This document shows positions 61,656-64,000 of a stretch of DNA of 64,000 bases, one piece after another (the first letter of the stretch is position 1; the number at the start of each line of letters is the position of its first letter). The translations under genes and the position numbers were made by a program. The notes beneath the pieces are model-generated. The model did no database searches. It was given only the letters and a program-made list of their open reading frames with translations, and was not told where the DNA came from. The DNA comes from an uncultured Gaiellaceae bacterium (lineage in GTDB: Bacteria > Actinomycetota > Thermoleophilia > Gaiellales > Gaiellaceae): positions 9,920 to 73,919 of the forward strand of contig CAVZNK010000011.1 in the NCBI GenBank assembly GCA_963776555.1, written 5' to 3'.

Positions 61656-61883
61656 GTGCCGTCCCACGTGAGCTTCGACGTGCGCTGGGCGGGAGGTGGA
61701 GAACGCTCGAAGATTCGCGACGAGACGTTCGGATTCGACGGCCACTACGTCGGCGGCGATGCCTCGATCGGCTTTTCGTGCTCGAACGACGGAGCCGGAG
61801 TCGTGTACACGTCCGACCCAGGTGGCCAGACGACCGTCTCAGCAGGCGTCGGTCACGAGCACAACGGCGTCTTCCTCCCCTAG
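61656..61883 (+). CDS. Hypothetical protein (possibly a 5'-truncated fragment)
   Basis: 75 codons with protein-like composition (FDVRWAGGGERSKIRDETFGFDGHYVGGDASIGFSCSNDGAGVVYTSD). The frame is open upstream without a start codon. Confidence 0.3.
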   Translation: MPSHVSFDVRWAGGGERSKIRDETFGFDGHYVGGDASIGFSCSNDGAGVVYTSDPGGQTTVSAGVGHEHNGVFLP

Positions 61884-61945
61884 TCACCACCTTCCACCCG
61901 GCATACGTCCGAGCGAAAGCGCGCCCTGCGGCGCGAACCGTTAGC

Positions 61946-62245
61946 TCACTCCACGGCGGTGACGAGCTCCAACACCGACGGCGTGAAGTCCTCGACGTGC
62001 TGCCTGACGCGCATGATCCGTTCCTTGAACTCGGGGCTGTCCTTCCACGCCTGCTGCGCCTCGAAGCTCTCCCAGGGACCGAAGCTCATGAACCGGTTCT
62101 GCTCGTACCGGTCGCGGGCGAGGCGCAACGTTCCGCATCCGCGCCACGTACGGCCCCAGGAAGCGAACTCGCGCCATGCCGCAACGAACTCGTCCTCCTT
62201 GCCGTCCTTCACGAGCCAGATTCCGTTCGTGTAGGCCTCGGCCAT
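61946..62245 (-). CDS. Antibiotic-biosynthesis-monooxygenase (ABM)-like small protein
   Basis: 99 aa: WLVKDGKEDEFVAAWREFA...FMSFGPWESFEAQQAWKDSPEFKERI. Confidence 0.7.
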   Translation of the reverse strand: MAEAYTNGIWLVKDGKEDEFVAAWREFASWGRTWRGCGTLRLARDRYEQNRFMSFGPWESFEAQQAWKDSPEFKERIMRVRQHVEDFTPSVLELVTAVE

Positions 62246-62381
62246 TGCTGCACCTCCGGTCGGAGTGTTCGGCCGAGCCTACTCGCCCGACGGTCGCTCC
62301 CCGAAGACGTCCGGCCCGCGCGAGATCCCTTCCTAGACGTGACGGAGCGCGGCCTTGCGCCTTCGACGCTCGGGCCGGCGG

Positions 62382-63119
62382 CTAGCTCGCGTCGTACTCG
62401 TCGTGGCGCCGCACCCAGTGCGGTCTCGTGCCGCTCTCGTCGCGACCCCTCGGCGTGCGGTCGAGCAATGCGTAGTAGGCCATCGCGGGCTCGAGGCCGC
62501 GGGCCGTGCTCACGTAGGTCCGGTAACAGATCCCGTCCGACAGGGCGTACACGCTCAGACCAGGCCCCTCGGAGACGTACCCCACGACGTCAGTGCCGCA
62601 CATGTGCGCGTTCTGCTCGACGGTGGCCGGGATCTCGCCCTCCAGGAACGGCCTCAGCTCCTCCTCGGTGTACAGGAAGCCGAGGTCGCGGTTGAAGTCG
62701 CTGCCGCCGCTCGAGACCCAGTCGATGCCCCACCCCATCCGCTCCCTGTACGCGATCAGCTTGGCGAGCGGTCCGCGGGAAGCGAGGAGCAGGGTGGTGT
62801 CCCTCGCCTTCAGGTGGGGCACCTGCGGTGCGAGCGTGTCCGCGATCGAGGAGCAGACCGGGCACCCTGCCTCGTACGTCGGCCCGAACATGAAGTGGTA
62901 GACGAGTAGCTGAGAGCGGCCGTCGAAGAGATCGGCGAGTGTCTTCGTGCCGTCCTCGGTCTCGAAGCGATAGTCCTTTTCGACGGGGACCCAGGGCAGC
63001 TCGCGCCTCTTCCTGGCCAGCTCGTCGCCTCGGCGGGTCAGCTCCTTTTCTTCCTTCAGCAGCTCGTCGCGCTCCGCCTGCCACTCCTCGTGTGTGCCGA
63101 TCCTGTGCTCGGTCGTCAA
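62382..63119 (-). CDS. DUF899 thioredoxin-fold family protein
   Basis: EEWQAERDELLKEEKELTRRGDELARKRRELPWV...LLVYHFMFGP....GCPVCS...GWGIDWVSS. Confidence 0.85.
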   Translation of the reverse strand: MTTEHRIGTHEEWQAERDELLKEEKELTRRGDELARKRRELPWVPVEKDYRFETEDGTKTLADLFDGRSQLLVYHFMFGPTYEAGCPVCSSIADTLAPQVPHLKARDTTLLLASRGPLAKLIAYRERMGWGIDWVSSGGSDFNRDLGFLYTEEELRPFLEGEIPATVEQNAHMCGTDVVGYVSEGPGLSVYALSDGICYRTYVSTARGLEPAMAYYALLDRTPRGRDESGTRPHWVRRHDEYDAS

Positions 63120-63328
63120 CGTGCCACCCCCAATGCACTCGAAGCTCGATGCTCGAAGTACCCGCTCCAGGTCTCATGGAACCCTGCCGCCGTCGTGACG
63201 GCGACGCCGTCGAGTGACGTTCTCGAACACTGGCACAGGTAGCTGCTCCGTCGCGTGAGCGTCACCCAACACCCGCGTCGAGCGCGTCGTACGTCGGGAG
63301 CACAGCGTTCGTTCAGCAGCATCGCACC

Positions 63329-63997
63329 GTGCGCGAGTTGCGCCCCGGGCTGTGGCACTGGCAGGCACCCCATCCGGAATGGAGCGAGAGCGAGCCGTGG
63401 GACAAGAACGTCTCGTCCTACGCGATCGACGACGGCGAGAGACTGCTGCTCTTCGACCCGATCTCCCCGCCGGGCGAGCTCGAGAAGCTCGCCGGCGAGC
63501 GCGAGACGGCGGTAGTGCTGACCGCGCCGTGGCACGAGCGCGACACGCAGCGCCTGGTGGAGCGGCACGGCATACCCGTATACACGCCGCTACCCGACAG
63601 CGCTCAGTACCTCATGGACACGTACGGAATCACCGCCGAGCAGGCTGGGGACGGCAGTCCCGACCTCGTCTGGCTGCTCCGCGAGAACAAAGGGGAGGCT
63701 CGCCCGTACTCGCCAGCCGAGCGGCTGCCGTTCGGTATCGACGTGTTCCCCGGGCACAAGCCGAACGACACGGTGCACTGGGTCGAGAGCCAGCGTGCGG
63801 TGATCTCCGGCGACACGCTCGTCGACTTCGGTCGGGGCCTCGAGATCAACGAGAGGTGGCTCCGCCCTGGCGTCACACGCGAGGAGATCGCCGCGGGGCT
63901 GCGCCCGCTGCTCGAGTTGCCGGTCGAGCACGTGCTTGCCACGCACGGCGGGCCGACCGACCGGGCCGCCCTCGAGCGAGCGCTGTCCGCCTCCTAG
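63329..63997 (+). CDS. MBL-fold-like protein with a degenerate metal motif (WHERD), paralogue of 9244..9873
   Basis: LRPGLWHWQAPHPEW...LLLFDPISPP...VVLTAPWHERD...LRPLLELPVEHVLATHGGP parallels PGLWRWTAYHEEW...VLVDPLVPP...ITVFWHARS...LRPLLDLPVRRVLVSHGRP. Confidence 0.65.
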   Translation: MRELRPGLWHWQAPHPEWSESEPWDKNVSSYAIDDGERLLLFDPISPPGELEKLAGERETAVVLTAPWHERDTQRLVERHGIPVYTPLPDSAQYLMDTYGITAEQAGDGSPDLVWLLRENKGEARPYSPAERLPFGIDVFPGHKPNDTVHWVESQRAVISGDTLVDFGRGLEINERWLRPGVTREEIAAGLRPLLELPVEHVLATHGGPTDRAALERALSAS

Positions 63998-64000
63998 ACC

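Noticed and set aside
63120-63328. Possible degraded minus-strand gene between DUF899 and the MBL-like gene (fragments such as AVLPTYDALDAGV and LDGVAVTTAAGFHETWSGYFEHR in different frames)
   Set aside because: The fragments are short and I could not assign them to a family or join them convincingly. A blastx search would be needed before calling a pseudogene.
1-64000. Mobile elements, prophage, rRNA or tRNA genes, toxin-antitoxin or restriction-modification modules
   Set aside because: None of the ORFs with protein-like sequence resembles a transposase, integrase, recombinase, phage structural protein, methyltransferase-endonuclease pair or known toxin. No rRNA-like or complete tRNA-like sequence was seen in the intergenic regions I read.

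Overview
High-GC segment (about 70% by eye) that looks like actinobacterial chromosome. It is tightly packed with about 80 protein genes, many with 1-8 nt start/stop overlaps and GGAGG-type ribosome-binding sites. I saw no rRNA, tRNA, CRISPR array, transposase, integrase or phage gene, and nothing resembling a known defence system. The content is almost entirely catabolic or stress-related. In order: (1) a xylose-type ABC uptake locus with Gfo/Idh/MocA oxidoreductases, a xylose-isomerase-like TIM-barrel protein and xylulokinase (0.6-8.7 kb). (2) A LemA-M48 protease pair, then an acyl-CoA-synthetase-like gene with a roughly 480-aa Pro/Glu/Val-rich repeat tail (9.9-14.6 kb). (3) An 11-gene minus-strand operon, NIPSNAP-SDR-cupin-ThDP enzyme-RidA-amidase-LivHM-binding protein-LivGF (17.0-27.0 kb). 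(4) A molybdenum-hydroxylase (xanthine dehydrogenase family) supercluster with a naturally split large subunit and a MoxR/vWA/XdhC/MOSC accessory operon (27.5-38.4 kb). (5) A run of small stress or detoxification genes, a MarR-MFS pair, CarD and a DEAD-box helicase (38.5-49.3 kb). (6) Two tandem 4-oxalocrotonate-tautomerase-like genes and a B12-type diol/glycerol dehydratase with fused large+medium subunits and the small subunit encoded first (49.3-52.4 kb). (7) An SDR-FAH-aldehyde dehydrogenase-epimerase set (52.5-56.4 kb). (8) A lower-GC patch holding a kinase-like gene, a lipoprotein and a membrane adenylate cyclase (56.8-60.9 kb). The strongest sequence-level signal is about 20 apparent 1-nt frame disruptions, inferred from where family-typical peptide motifs jump reading frame. 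They are strongly clustered in the two sugar-oxidation loci. I cannot tell gene decay from local assembly error without reads. All functional calls come from motif and family recognition by eye; no searches were run.
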